A stretch of 64,000 bases of DNA from the NCBI GenBank assembly GCA_964016885.1, contig OZ024741.1:59892001-59956000 (forward strand), written 5' to 3'. Below, one piece after another: positions 1 to 17,299 of the stretch; positions within the stretch are counted from its first letter, which is position 1, and each line of letters starts with the position of its first letter. This DNA is from Eledone cirrhosa (taxonomy: Eukaryota). The position numbers and the translations under genes are program-made. The notes beneath the pieces are model-generated. The model saw only the letters and a program-made list of their open reading frames with translations, ran no database searches and was not told where the DNA came from.

Positions 1-284
1 AAATAAAATAAAAAAAAGGGATAAACGCTTTTATCGAATTCTGGATTTAATCGGTCCCTCATCACAAGATGGAAATATCATCCTATCAACTTCAAGTAAA
101 CATGTATTTTATGGGTATATATAGCTATTCGCTCTCAGTGTTATTCTGAAATGGACGTACTAGTTTGCATATATTTAACGCTTGCGTTGAGAAATTCTTA
201 TCATATGTATTAAGAAGTGCGCTAGCAGCCGGAGTGTATGACAAAGTTATATCTCTATAAATACACAGTGTTTATAAGGGTTTA

Positions 285-367
285 ATCAGATCAGAAAATC
301 TATTAAAGATGTTTATCCTTTTTCTGATCAGATCAGAAAATCTATTAAAGATGTTTATCCTTTTTCT
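285..367. repeat. Perfect 41-bp tandem duplication (period 42)
   Basis: ATCAGATCAGAAAATCTATTAAAGATGTTTATCCTTTTTCT at 285-325 and 327-367. Confidence 0.9.
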
Positions 368-871
368 AATTTAAAGGGTAATTCATATTTTTTGGATTGT
401 TTACATTCCTAGATATTAAATATCTATATATATATTTATACGCATTGGGTCAATCTCGGTTATACACTTTGCATTTATACAGATATAACTTTACCCTACA
501 CTTCGGCTTCTAACGCCGACCTTACAGTACTGCTTCACAAATCCAAGAGTGTGTTAGGCAAGAGGAAATCGATTCAAGTAATCATTATCGATTCCAGTAA
601 AAGCCAACGAATGACAAAGAGCTACTCATCAGAGGAATTGTCTTTAGATATGTCATACACTGTACAAAATACCTTTATATATGTTGAGAGGTGAGAGTTT
701 CAATGAGCTTCAAACCACATGGTGCCGATTAACGTTTAAGTATGTACATTTTTTACTTAATATCATTTGTATTAAATATGTGTACAAAATAGTATGTATT
801 TCTCACACGATATATGACTCTTTCTCCCTCTCTCTAAATATATATTTTGAATCTGAATTATATGTATATAG

Positions 872-1840
872 ATATCTTTCTTTATTTGCCACAGGGATGT
901 ACAAAAATGGGACATTACAAGACGTGACGGCGGGGGTTTTACATAAAAATAACTTTAACATTAATAAATAACAATAAACTATATATAATAAAATAACATT
1001 TGAAATCGCCAATAGGGGGGGGGCGTTACTGTAGGGTTGTTTTACACCCCGTGGATAGAACAACCCTCCATACCAGGAACACGTTTTGTAGGTGTTCCTG
1101 TCTTCCCTCTGTTTATCTTCTTCAACCTACAGGTTTATATACAGAGAAGGCCCATTCACTCGGGCCATTTTCGCCACGTTCCCCCATCTTTCAGCGAATT
1201 TACTGGGGTGTAGCACTTCTCTCTCCACTCTCACCTTCCTTCTGAAGTGATACTTAAAGAAGGGGATAAGTTGTTATCTGGAGAGAAAGGTGTTTGCCCT
1301 CAGTCCTTTTAACCTCGTCCAACATAATACCTCTTTCGCCATAGCCACCAGACAGAGGAAAACCACCTCTCCTTCGTTCTTAAATGAAGGCGGCGGGGTA
1401 ATCCTCACGATGGACGCGGCTGACAACTGGATGGGTCCCTCACGTGACAGTAGCTGTTCGATATAATTCTACAGGTCGGTCACATCGGGGCACTGATCAA
1501 TTGCGTGCAGAACGGTTTCGATGTACTGCTCGCATCTTGGACAGGTCATTTTGGCAGGATCTCTGCCTGGGCGTCCGTGCCTGTAGATTTTGTCTCAAAC
1601 TGGTAGAGCTCCTCGGTAGCACTGCCAGGCCAAAGACCTCTGGAAGTTATCCATAGGCCCTGGACGGAAAGTCCTCTCGCACAGACTGGTCAGTTAGTCC
1701 TCCTCGATGCCTAGAGTTTCCCCGAGAACGTCGTCGCAATTATCCTCCACTAATCCCTATAGAATGTCGAAGTGGAGTCTCTGCTGATTGCCGTTTCCTC
1801 TTGGTAGAGGGCTGTGAGCGCCTGTAGGCACTCATAGGTA
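872..1840 (-). mobile_element. L1/Tx1-clade LINE copy A, 5'-truncated (ORF2 C-terminus and 3' UTR)
   Basis: Homologous to the 3' ends of copies B1 and C; decayed C-terminal Cys/His region; ORF2 stop at 1127-1129; terminus CCCTGTGGCAAATAAAG. Confidence 0.85.
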
Positions 1841-1844
1841 GGGA

Positions 1845-1884
1845 GACAGATAGATAGATAGATGAATAGATAGATAGATAGATA
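1845..1884. repeat. (GATA)n microsatellite; tail/target between Tx1 copies A and B1
   Basis: Directly visible; abuts the AATAAA terminus of copy B1. Confidence 0.9.
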
Positions 1885-2116
1885 CATTTTTTTATTAGCC
1901 ACAAGGGCACAAAAGAAGGGGACAAATATAAATGGGGAGTTTACATACAGGTATATGAAAATAAAACTATTAATAAAATATCAAATAACAATTGAATTCC
2001 CCAATAGGGGGAGGCGTTACACAGGGGTTGTACACACCCCTAAAAAATGTACAACCCTCAACTCCAGGAGCACCAATAGTGAGTACTCCCTTCCTCTCTT
2101 CCTCTTTTTCCTCAAC

Positions 2117-5100
2117 CTACAGGCTTATATAGAGACAAAGCCCAACCACTCGGGCCATCTTTGCCACATTCACCCACCTTTTATACAATGTGCTGGGGTA
2201 CAGCACCTCTCACTCGATCCTGATTCTTCTACCAAAATGATATTTGAAAAAACGAATCAGTTGCTCGCCGGAGAGAAATGTGTTTGACCTAAGCCTTTTT
2301 AACCTCGTCCACCGTATAACCTCTTTCACCATAGCCATAACACATAGGAAAACCGCCTCTCCCTCCCTTTTTAGGGAAGGTGGCCGTTTGATCATCACAA
2401 TGGACTCGGTGGTCAACCGGATTGGTCCCACCCGCGTCAATAGTCGTTCTACATAGCCCCACAGGTCGGTAACGCCAGGGCAGTGTACAAATGCGTGCTC
2501 GACGGTTTCCTCGTCGCGCACGCATCTCGGACATATCTTTTTCGAAGGGGCCCTACTCGGGCGCCCGTGTCTGCAGAGTTTGTCTCGAACTGGTACAGCT
2601 CCTCGGTAGCACTGCCAGGCCAGGGTCTTTTGGAAGCTGTCCATTGGTCCCGGGCGGAAGGTCCTACCGAACAGACTGGCCAGTTCGTCCTCCTCTACGC
2701 CTAGAGTTTCTCCGAGCGCGTCGTCGCACTTGCTGCGGACCAACCTTCTATAGAATGTCGAAGTGGAGTCTACACTGATCGCCGGGTCCGTTTGCCAGAG
2801 GGCTGTGAGCGCCTGAGCACATTCGATGTGCCAGTGGCCCAATTTCCTCGGTCTTTGCTTGACCCAGGACTGCAGCTCGCTCAGCGAGACGAGTCGTGGG
2901 AAGGCTCGCCTCACGAACGGGATCACACCGGTTGTCCGCTGAGGAATACGTGGAGGTGCCGAAGCCTGTGTGCGTGTTTGCGCATCGTCAGCCACGGCAT
3001 TCCCAGCCCTCCGTTTGAAGGGTGTTGGCAGCAGATGGTTCTTCCCAACAAAGGAGCCTGTTTCTTCCAAAGAAATTGGAAGAGCGCGCGCTCCATTTCG
3101 GTGAGCGTTTTGGCTGGACAAGGCACGACGGTCAAGCGGTAGTTGATGACGGACGCTATAAAAGTGTTCGCCACCTCCGCTCGACCTTTCAAGGATTGGT
3201 TGCACTCGGCCCACTTCTGGGTGAGCGCAAACACCTTGGCTGTCACCTCGTTCCAGTTCTTCTCCACCTGGAAGTCCGGACCAAACCAGGCCCCAAGCAG
3301 CTTTACCGGTCCTTCCGTCCAGCGTCCGACAAAGCCATCGGAAGGCGTCGGTTTGCATCTCGACGTTCCGAGTTGCAAACCGACGGATTTGTCTCTGTTC
3401 AGCTTCAATTCTGTCAACCATTCGTATTCCTCCAGTAAGGTGCCGACGTGCCCGATTTGCGAGGTGCTCGACACCATTACTGTCATGCCACTTTTCGCAG
3501 ATTCGGTTCCAAAGGGATGCCCTGCAATAGGTCCAACTTCCGCAGTAGTGGCTCGAGAGTCAGTACGTACAGAAAGGAGGAGAGAGGGCATCCTTGTCGG
3601 ATGGATCGCGTGATATGGAACTGCTCCGAGAGGTAGCCATTCACCTTCATCCTTGAGCAGATGTTGCTGCTGTGCATTATAGCAATCCAGCCCCTGAACA
3701 CGGGTCCGAAGCCTGCCGCCTCGAGCACCGCATCCAGGTAACGAAGTTCAACCATATCGAAAGCCTTAGACTGATCCAAGTTGATCAGGGCCCCACCGAA
3801 GCCGGGATTGCACCCTACCCTCTTTATGATGTATCGCATGACGTGGAGGTTGTCGTGTATGGACCTGGACGGGATTGCGCATGTCTGCGCTTCTCCCACG
3901 AGGTTCAAAGTCTGTAACTCTGTATTGAGCAGAGTTTTGGGCCGGAAGTTGTCTATGCAATCCCCCTTATTCTCCTCCTTCTTGACTAACGTGACTACGC
4001 CCTTGGTCACAGAACTGGGAATTCTCCCGTTCTGCTGCCAGTTGCAGTAGACAGCTTCCAGGAGACCGGAGAACAAGTCCGGCATTGCTACGTAAAATTC
4101 GTAGGGTAGACCGTCGAGACTTGGAGATTGCGTTTGCCGCATTGACTCAGCGAGTCCCCTATCTCAGCGGCCGAAATCGGCCTTTCGCGGAACTTCGCCT
4201 CGCTGTCCGAGTGTCGCGGTAAGCCGTCGAGGTATGGACCGAAATTCATAGCCCCTCCCGACGCGCCGCCCTGCCCGAACAGTTGAGCAAAGTGCCGCTG
4301 AAAGGCCGCGCACATCTGCGGCTCACGTATCACGTGAAATACCGAATCGTGGACTTGTTGCCACTTTTCGCCTCCGTCACTCGGGCCCAGCTAACAGCTT
4401 TGGCTCCCTCGTTTCCCAGAGCACGTATTTTGCTTCTGACAACGCAGCCTTCATGCTTTGCGTCGAAGAACTGGTCCAAGGCCGTTCTCGTCGCTAGCCC
4501 GCTGGCTACGTTGCCACTCCTAAGTGCCTCTTCTACTTTATCTACCAGTTCCTTTTCGGTCTTATTTCTATCTAACACTAATTCTTTACTAAAACCTATC
4601 GAGTCTAATCTAACTGCCCTCTTGAGAGAGTACCACCATCTGTTCTTGACAATGGCCCCCGTCAAGTGCTGCTTAACTAAAGTGCTAATCCGTCAACTGT
4701 AGGCTTTGCATGTCGGTAATGACAAGTTCAGCTTCCAGCAGCCGGGTCCCTGTCTATGGATTTTGTCAAAGTTGACGAAGCAGGTCACTAATTTGTGATC
4801 TGAATAGGCAACCATGAACATTTGTGGACAGCTTAACATGTCCCTATCCTTCTTTCTAACTAGAACCCTATCTAGGCACGATCTAGATGTTCCGCTACGA
4901 TTAGTCCACGTCCACAGTGGCACAGTCGGAATATCTAGTCGATATCTATCGGCCAGGTCAAATCGGCCGATTAACTGTTTCAGGCTGCTACATCCCTCTC
5001 TATCGTGACATGCTCCCACATAGTCCCAACGTGCATCTAGGATTCCATTCCAGTCTCTACTAACAGCAGGGAGCGGGGCGTTTCCAGAAAAGTCTCTAGA

Positions 5101-5415
5101 CATTTGAAGTCTGGCTGCAGTGTCCCGGATGGGGCATATGCAGCCACCAGCCTGAAGGCTCCACCTTCACTACTGTCAACGTCTAGGAACACAAGTCGAC
5201 GTTCCAGGTCCAGATGTACGTCTGTGTTACGAGGTACAGGTGTTTCCGCAGCAAAACGGCAACCCCACCCCCACCTCCCAGCTGACAGAGAGATGCGTAG
5301 ATCTCAAAGTTGTCGAAGATGGGGGCCAGTTGTTGCTCGCTGTGGATCCTGGACTCGCAAATGGCTACTACATCCATACTGTGCGACCTGCACATCCAAC
5401 TCTTATATTGGCCAT
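2117..5415 (-). pseudogene. Tx1 ORF2 (APE, reverse transcriptase, CCHC), multiply frameshifted
   Basis: ORF-track pieces 4693-5103, 4330-4665, 4088-4333, 3483-4142, 2923-3591, 2210-3421 tile one ORF2. Confidence 0.9.
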
Positions 5416-5492
5416 GAAAAGTGCTGAAAAGGTGGTGATGAAAAATGGTGCTGAAAAGTTGGTGCTGAAAAGTTGGTGCTGAAAAGTTAAAA
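5416..5492. repeat. About 5 copies of a 14-15-bp unit (GGTGCTGAAAAGTT-like) in the inter-ORF region of copy B1
   Basis: Directly visible; absent from the other inter-ORF regions. Confidence 0.85.
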
Positions 5493-5542
5493 GAAGAGGA
5501 AAAGAAATCACTCACCTCTTCGTCTCCTGGGGACCAGGCTGC

Positions 5543-8500
5543 ATCCCTCGTGCTTCGCGTCAAAGAACTGGTCTAGGGCCGTTCTTGACGCCAGCACGCC
5601 GGCCACGTTGCCACTCCTAATCGCCTCTTCTACTCTATCTATCAATTCCCTTTCAGTTCTATTCCTATCTGATGCTAATTCCTGACTAAAACCTATCGAT
5701 TCTATTCTAATTTCTCTCTTGAGAGAGCCCCACCACCTGCTGTTGACAATTGCCCCCGTCAACCGCTGTTTAACTACAGTGCTAATCTGCTTACTGTAAG
5801 CTTTGTTTGTCGGTAAGCACAAGTTTAGCTTCCAGTAACAGGGTCCTTGTCTATGGGTTCAATCAAGGTTGACCACTCCGGTCACCAACTTGTGATCCGA
5901 ATATGCAGCCATTAACATTCGTGGACAGCTTAATATGTCCCTATCCTTATTTCTAACTAGGAACCTATCTAGGTACGACCTAGATGTTCCGCTGACATTA
6001 GTCCACGTCCACAGTGGCACAGTCGGAAAATCTAGTCGATATCTATCGGCCAGATCAAATCGGTCGATTAACCGTTAGAGGCTGTTACACCCCCTCTCTA
6101 CCGGGACATGCCCCTACATGGTCCCAACGTGCATCCAGGATACCGTACCAGTTCCCCACTAAAAGCAAGAAGCGAGACGTTCCCAGAAAAGTCTCTAGGT
6201 GCTAGAAGTCCGGTCGCGGTGTTCCAGATGGGGAATACGCTGCCACCAGCCTGAAGGCTCCACCTTCACTACTGCTGACGTCTAGAACCACCATTCGACC
6301 CTCCGTGTCCAGGTGTACCTTCCGTGTTGCGAGGCCCAGGTGTTCTCGCAGAAGAACCACCACCCCGCCCTCACCCCCCGGCTGACAGAGAGATGCATAG
6401 ATCTCAAAATCGTCGAAGATGGGGGCCAGTTGATGCTTGCTGCTGATCTTGGACTCGCAAATAGCTATCACATCCATTCTGTGCGACCTGAGGTCATTTA
6501 AGAGTTCGCCCTACTTCCAGGACATCCCCAGGCCGCGCACATTTAAACATCCAACTCTTATAACAACCATGTTGGTGGTGAAGAGTTTAGAGTGGAGAAA
6601 AGGGAAAAGACACCTACCTGTCCTCCTGGGGACCAGGCTGCACAATTTCCATGAGGGTGTCGGCGGGGTTGTTTGGTGGGGTGGTGGTTTGGGATGTGGT
6701 GGGGACATCAGTGTGTGGTAGGGTGGGGGTGTTTGGTGGCGGAGTGGTGTATGGGGTGATGGTGTTGAAACATTTCAAGAGGACGCGTTTGATAGATCTA
6801 GTACAGGGGTTCCCTACGCCCTCGGGAAAGTTCTGTTTGAGCATTGCGTAGGTGTCCCTTAGGATACTAATCATTTTTAAATGCGGTTTAGTCGCCGCGT
6901 TGGTGAACATTTTCCCTTCAGTTTCCACCGAAGGGTCTTTGTCTATTGTTCGCACAAGTGTTTTGTTGTTTGTGTTGATGTATGTATACTGTTTTTGTGG
7001 TGTTGTGTTTGTTTTTGTTTGTTGTACTTGTGTGTGTTTGCGTTTTGTAGTATGTGTTATGTTTTCGGGAGGGGTGGGTTTTTTTGTTTGTGATGTTTGT
7101 TCTGTTTGTGCTGGTGGTTGTGTGGTTGTTGCATTTTTGTTAATGTGGTGCCTTCTTTTCTTTCATTTTACCGGTTGAAAGGGTTCTCCCTCGTCGTCAC
7201 TGGGTGACGTTGATAAGGGGTCCTCGTCCATGTTGTTGGGGAGGGGTATATTTTGGGGTTTTGTTGTGGTTGCTTTTGTATTTGTTTTAGGTGGGCAGGG
7301 GTTGGGTGGGACAGTGTCTTGTGTGGTTATTTGTTCGTGTTGTTGTGGTTGTTGTTTTGTTGTTGTGGTGGTGGTCGTGGTTGTGTTATTGTGTGTGTGG
7401 AGGGGGGGATGCAGAAGCGTCTGGGGGGGGGGGCATTTAAAAGGGGGCAGGAATCCCTCAGGTGACCACTTCTTGAACAGTAGTAGCATGAAGGCCGCCT
7501 GCCCTCAACAGAAATGTTTATCAAGGCGACTCCATCCAGAGACACACGCTGCGGTATTGCTATCCGTTCTGGTCTCATTTGGACCAGAACTTCAAGGCTA
7601 TTGCCGCCGAATACGCCCCCGGCGGATTCGCCTATCGAAAGGAGTGTCTAAGAAACCCGTTGCCTCCCACCAAATGCTCGCATTTGGCCTGATGCCCGAG
7701 ATTCTTATCTTTTGAGTTCTTTTACCCAAATATGTGGGGAAGAAGGTGTATGCTTTGGATACAATTGGCGAAACAGAATATTTCCGTGCGCCAATTCATC
7801 TTGCATTAAAACAGATATGCTTCCATACAGTTTCCCTTTCTGTATGAAAGCAATATCCTTCCAGGCACTACTTAGGACCAACTCAATTTCGCTTTGGGAC
7901 AATTGAGCCGGTTTCCTAGTCGTGTTCAAATCTGTCCTAAAGATTACGGTCCTGAGGACTGTGTCCCTTCTAATTTCTTCGGTGGAGGTAATTGTGAATT
8001 CCCCACCTTCCTCGAAAGTTACACAATTCCTTGCTTCTTTCAGCAATTTCTTGGCATTCGAGATGTCCAGTGCCTTGTATGTCCAGTGCCTTGTTTCTCG
8101 GACCGTCTGTGCGAAGGAGACTGCAGCTGTGGGTCCGTTTTCTTTCGGGTTGTTATCATTGTTGTTGTTATTCGTGTTGGCTTGCTTTTTTCCTTTGTTG
8201 GTGTAGTCATCATTGCTGTTGTTGGTTGTGTTGCTATTGTCATTGTTGCTGTTGTTGGTTGTGTTGTTTTTATCATTGTTGTTCTTGTTTGTGTAATTGT
8301 TACTTTTGGGGTTTTCACCCATTTCCACAATTTTTTCTTTTGATTCCGTGGTGTCTTTTGCGGGAGTGAGGAGGGAAGGCTTAGAGCGTTGTGCTGCTAC
8401 CTTCTCTTTATCACTTTCCTTGGGGGGCGTGGCATGCGTCGTATTAATGGAGTCCATTGTCACTAAACGAATTTTTATCGACAACTTATAACTATCAAAT

Positions 8501-8646
8501 TTCGCCCTAAAAAGGGACGAAATTTATTTTACCCAGGTGAGGGGTTAAACACAACAAATAACAAGTTACTTAAACAAACCTACCGCTTCTCGTAATAAAT
8601 TCCTACAAAATGCAGGAGCGAAATAAAAACACGTCTATCTTCTCCG
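5543..8646 (-). mobile_element. L1/Tx1-clade LINE copy B2, 5' half (5' UTR, ORF1, APE part of ORF2)
   Basis: ORF2 start MVVIRVGCLNVRGLG at 6570 running to ..AKHEGC at about 5543; ORF1 upstream; 5' end abuts (GATA)n. Confidence 0.88.
6614..8484 (-). pseudogene. Tx1 ORF1 (Gag-like, zinc knuckle, Asn/Thr/Pro-rich low complexity), frameshifted
   Basis: VEGRRPSCYYCSRSGHLRDSC (CX2CX4HX4C) in piece 7327-7578; other pieces 7705-8484, 7163-7489, 6614-6955. Confidence 0.85.
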
Positions 8647-8669
8647 AGATAGATAGATAGATTTATTTA

Positions 8670-12638
<3,969 letters not shown>

Positions 12639-13989
12639 AAACGCCAAACAAGAAATGTATAATAAAAAATTGTTATTCACTAGATGTAAACTACAAAGGC
12701 AGGTGCGTTTGAGTGATAACAAGTTAACAATGATATAAGGTCTAGACATTAGACAAGACGTCTAGAGATTCGCTGTTAAAACACATAATCACTTAGTCAT
12801 AACAAAACAATAATAATAATATCATTCACCAGAATAATCTGACTTAATAAAATATTGTACGAATATTGCTTTAAGCTCTTGAGAGGAATTGTCTGGCTAT
12901 ATTTGAATATAAAATATACACACATATCATATAAACTCATGCCATGCGAATGTATAGACATATATATTCTCATAATAAATGTCAAATTTAGCTATGGACG
13001 TTATTTGAGGAAGACTGTCTAGCCATAGTCGAATATTAAAATATATAAACATAAAAAAATGAAATTTGCAGTTCACACGTACACAGGTTTAAGTTGACTT
13101 CTAGGTGGTTGCCTCTCATTGGCAGTTTCTTTACATTTTAATAATATGAGTCATATCACTATCCGACCATAATTATCTTACCACTTTCTGTTAAAATTGG
13201 CTGTAACTGGCCGCTCATACTGACGTTAAAGTATTGTTCTTAAAATAAATAACATCAAAATCTTATAGATTCGATATTATGTGAGATAATTATGTAAGAA
13301 CGCCTTTACCACAAAAATACAATAGTAATTAGAGTAATGTAAATGCTAAAGGATTAAGAACAGAGCTGCCTTGTCCAGTAATCGGCTCTGTCGTGTAGGT
13401 TATCTTCACAGTCACACATGCTGCAGGATTTAAATATTTCTTCTACAAGCCTGACCAACATTTGCTACCAAGCAGTAGAGAAGCTAGATGTTTATTCAGA
13501 GAGGTGTGTCCTTTTCAGAATGAGCTAAATTAGAAACCACGAAGTAAAAAAGAAAGATAAAACGGGATTTGTTTTCGAGAAAACACGTGACCAGTTGCTC
13601 AACCATTTAGGAAACGTACAGACCAGAATGAGACATATTAAAGAATTGTAAGGCGGGAGATAAGTATCGTCTAGTTAGAATGTATGCGCATGTGTGTTTG
13701 TTTGTCTGTACAAATCTGTGAAAGTATGAAGGTCTTGATATACGTTAGAAGGTGATATGCTTCAAAAAATGTCTGTGCAGCGTTGTTTATGTATGAGAGC
13801 GTTTGCTCGTGTACGTGTGCTGACCAGTGTAGAGATTGGGTGTGATGAAGGTGAACGTGTGTGCGTGCGTGCGCGTGTGTGTGTGATTCTGCACACGTGC
13901 ACACAGATTTTCGGTCAATCTTATATGCGCAATTGTGCATACACATAGAAGCAGAAGGTGGTCATTAGGTTGTACAGAGGTGTAATGGC

Positions 13990-16240
13990 GGGAACACATG
14001 CATGAAAGTCGCTACGTCTGTTGTCATGTTTATGTTGCTGATACTTTCCAGATCAACCATATCAGGATCGTTGAAAACAGAGCAGTATAGTTTCTGTAGT
14101 ATCTCGCCCATAATTTTAACATCATCATGGAGAATGTTATTCTCATCAATCAGAGGGCCAACAATGGAAACAGCGACCATTTGTTTGTTGTCAAATGAGA
14201 AGACCACGTGGATTGAGTTTAAATTCTCAATGGTCCAGTCCACCCCAGCTGTTCTTTGGTTATTGATGATAATCATCATGCAGTTCTGAATATTGTATTT
14301 TTATTATTTGAGCAATGCTATAGCTCTCGAATGTAGGCATGGAATTGATAGCGTCATTAGGGCGTCGAATAGAATGATTGGCGGTATTCGTTTAGGTTCT
14401 CTGCTCTCTAAGTTAAAATACCACCGAGGTCGACTTTAACTTTCATCCTTTCCATGTCGATAAAAAATATCAATGTAGTACTGGGGCCGCTTGATCCTCT
14501 GTGTGTGTTGCTGTTGGCAGTATTTTAGTATGTTAATTTTTTGTTTGTTCTTTTTATTTGTCTGATAATAGTTTTTCTGTTTTGGGGATACTGCACTTAG
14601 TTTTGTTCACAGGTCTTGATGGGTGTGTTTTGCACATATATTTGTGAAGATCTGCCAAGATGTTTGATGTTGGTGGAAATGAGTGCTTGTGTAAAAGACC
14701 AGTCAACATGTAATAGCTCGTTCATGATTGCATCCCAGTTGGTATTATAGAGATCAATCTTATCAAATGGGTGGGTTGGAGAGAGGTCACTAGGATTAGC
14801 TTTCGGCTGGTGGAGTCTGAGATTAGAAAGAACCATGGTCTGAAAGAAGGTTTTTTCCCACTGTAATATTATCTATAGTGTTTGTGTGGTTACTAAACAC
14901 TAGGTCCAAAATGTTCTTCTGATACCTTGTTGGTGCAAGGACAAGTTGGGACAAGAAAAACTCATTCATAAATCAAGAAATAACTCAACTGCTTCTTTGT
15001 CAGTGGTTGATGTGGGAATGCTTCAAACTGTTTGTAGACCAATCAACACAGGGTAGATTAAAGTTGCCCATCATAAGTATGTTACTAGAATGGCACTGTT
15101 GAATAAAGCACTTAATGCTGTTGAGGCATTCTTTGAAGCGCTTTATAAGTGTTTGGTGGGACCTATAGAGCCCAACTACTATCAGGTCTTTGGCTTTGTT
15201 GTGCCTGGTGACTAATTCACAGTAGCCATTGGAGAATGTGATATTTCCATCTGCCGTGAAGGCAGGAAAATGGCAGTTCCACCCTTCCTTCTGTCAAAAC
15301 GATCCGCGCGGATGGTTGTGAAATTCTTCACTTTTACTTCGGCTTTCAAGTGGGAGTTGTCAAGGTGTAAGAATGAAGAAAGGGATGTGGAGTGGATGTT
15401 TACCAACCCAATCTTCAATGAATTGGATCTTCCATTTCTATGCATTGGTGGATGGGCTGACACCTTGTGCATTGTGTAGAAATGTGGAGGCTAGTGTAGT
15501 GGCTGGTTTTAACTGTTACAGGGGACTTTTTTTGAGATTATGTGTCAGTGACAGCAATGTGCGGGGTTGGTGCACTGGGGTAATATCATAGGATGGTGTT
15601 GAGTGATGGCTAAATTGTTTTTATGTATCTCTTTCGCCAGGCTCAACAATGCTAAAAAGGAAACTTTTTGCTGTTCAGGGAGCAGTTTTTGACTGGAAAT
15701 GTGGTTACACTGTTAGATAGGGTTATAGTTCCCTGTTTTGTTGTTGTATTTGTGTCTATCTGAAAAGACTGGGACCAGCATTACTGCAGCAGGGGTGGTT
15801 TTATTGTGGTTTGTGTGTTGGCTTGGAGCCCCTTTTCAGTTAGCGCATTGGGTCCCTGGAAGATGAGTGAAGGTACAGTCACGCGGCAGACACTCTCTCG
15901 CGTTGAGAATATCGGCAGATTTTAGGATTCCGACTTATGCGAGCGTTCAATTTACTATTTGGTGGTGTTGATGTTGATGTTATTGTGGGAAGCGTGCATT
16001 GTCGTTGGCTGGTAGTGTTTGTGCGTCTGGTGCCATGTAGATGTGTGAAGATGCAGTCGCTACGTGTGCAGAGCCTATGACGTAGTGAGTAGCAGCATAT
16101 TTTGGGGCGTCTTGTTCATAGATTTTTTAAGGTTCTTTGTACTACAGCAGGATTGTGGTGGCGATGTGGGAGGAAGAAAGCAGTAGATTATTATTAGTAG
16201 TTGAGGTGGTAGAATACGATGGCAGCAGCGGTGGTGATAT
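13990..16240 (-). mobile_element. Decayed CR1-like LINE, 5' part (ORF1 with CCCH fingers, APE, linker; RT not seen)
   Basis: APE-like LKIGLVNIHS..IRADRFDRRKGGTAIF; linker VGPLIDENN..GEILQKLYCSVF; PKICCYSLRHRLCTRSDCIFTHLHGT at 16029-16109. Confidence 0.65.
14335..14490 (+). mobile_element. Diverged tRNA-derived SINE inserted in the CR1-like relic
   Basis: Core CCGAGGTCGACTTT..CTTTCATCCTTT..GTCGATAAAA shared with the SINE at 41210. Confidence 0.75.
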
Positions 16241-16387
16241 ACAGCGACATACTGTGTGTGGGTAGGTAAGTATTTATATAATGTATCTGTTCACACACAC
16301 ACACCCACTCAAATATATATATTTACACACACATACACACACGTATATATATATACATATATATATAAATATAAGTACATGCATAAG

Positions 16388-16451
<64 letters not shown>

Positions 16452-16535
16452 TGTGTGTGTGTGTTTGTGTGCGCGTGTGTGTGAACAGATACATATATAA
16501 ATACTTATCTACCCACACACACAGTATGTCGCTGT
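16241..16535. repeat. About 60-bp inverted repeats enclosing (CA)n/(TA)n/(TG)n; fold-back or MITE-like
   Basis: ACAGCGACATACTGTGTGTGGGTAG... versus ...CTACCCACACACACAGTATGTCGCTGT. Confidence 0.85.
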
Positions 16536-17299
16536 TTAAAAGTTTATAACTAAAAGTTTCCTACCTCTAGGCATTCGACAGATTGTATTCTAACACAAAT
16601 GTAAATTGTATTTCCGAGATTTATTAAAATATGTTGATACTGTCTCTAATATAAGTTTTACGCAGATATTATTAACAATATTATTTATAATATTTCCCTT
16701 AATCCTTAAATCTTTCTAACAGTAAAAGTTTGTCATGTTGTATCTCTGTTGGATTTGATGACGTCTTTTCAGAATAATGGAGCAGCATAGTCTTGGAAGA
16801 AGCAAATTTGTTGAGCATACCACAGACACGTCGGCACCTAAATTAGTTTTCAGAGCAATTTATAAACCAAAGCCACACCTACAGTATACATAGCTGTTGT
16901 ATCTAATCCCGTTAAAGGTCGTTTCAGACAGCATTCATTTACTTTTCGAATAGCACACAAAAGCAATTTCCTTTCGATTCACTAATAAATTTAGGGTTTG
17001 ATAACATATAATGAGAAGAAAAAACCATTCAATTTAAGGCAAAGCCATTCACTGATACTGAGGAATGTTGCGAACTTTGCAGATGTGAGGACTATATATC
17101 CAGTTAAAATATATTTCTCTTTGTAAAAATTATATTTTACAAAAATGCTTTTTATTACATTTATGAATAGCGCAAGGATAATCCAAAATGGTATATGTTA
17201 TGGCTACCGCTTAATTAGTTTAACAAAGTACATTAAAAAATTATTTTTATAGTTAATCTATTAATTAATATGTATGTAATGAGAGTTTCTGAACATCTG

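Larger units (their letters stand above)
1885..5542 (-). mobile_element. L1/Tx1-clade LINE copy B1 (ORF1 end, inter-ORF region, disrupted ORF2, 3' UTR)
   Basis: ORF fragments with APE (DWNG, YSDH), RT (INLDQSKAFD, RQGCPLS) and CCHC (CPRC..ETVEHAFVHC), collinear with ORF2 at 48490-51909. Confidence 0.92.

Noticed and set aside
560-640. Minus-strand CTGATGA hammerhead-like core
   Set aside because: GGAA instead of GAAA and no complementary stem I
13370-13670. Possible host exons here and near 23430-23520 and 53470-54000
   Set aside because: No sustained reading frame, recognisable domain or paired splice sites; a host gene cannot be excluded without RNA data
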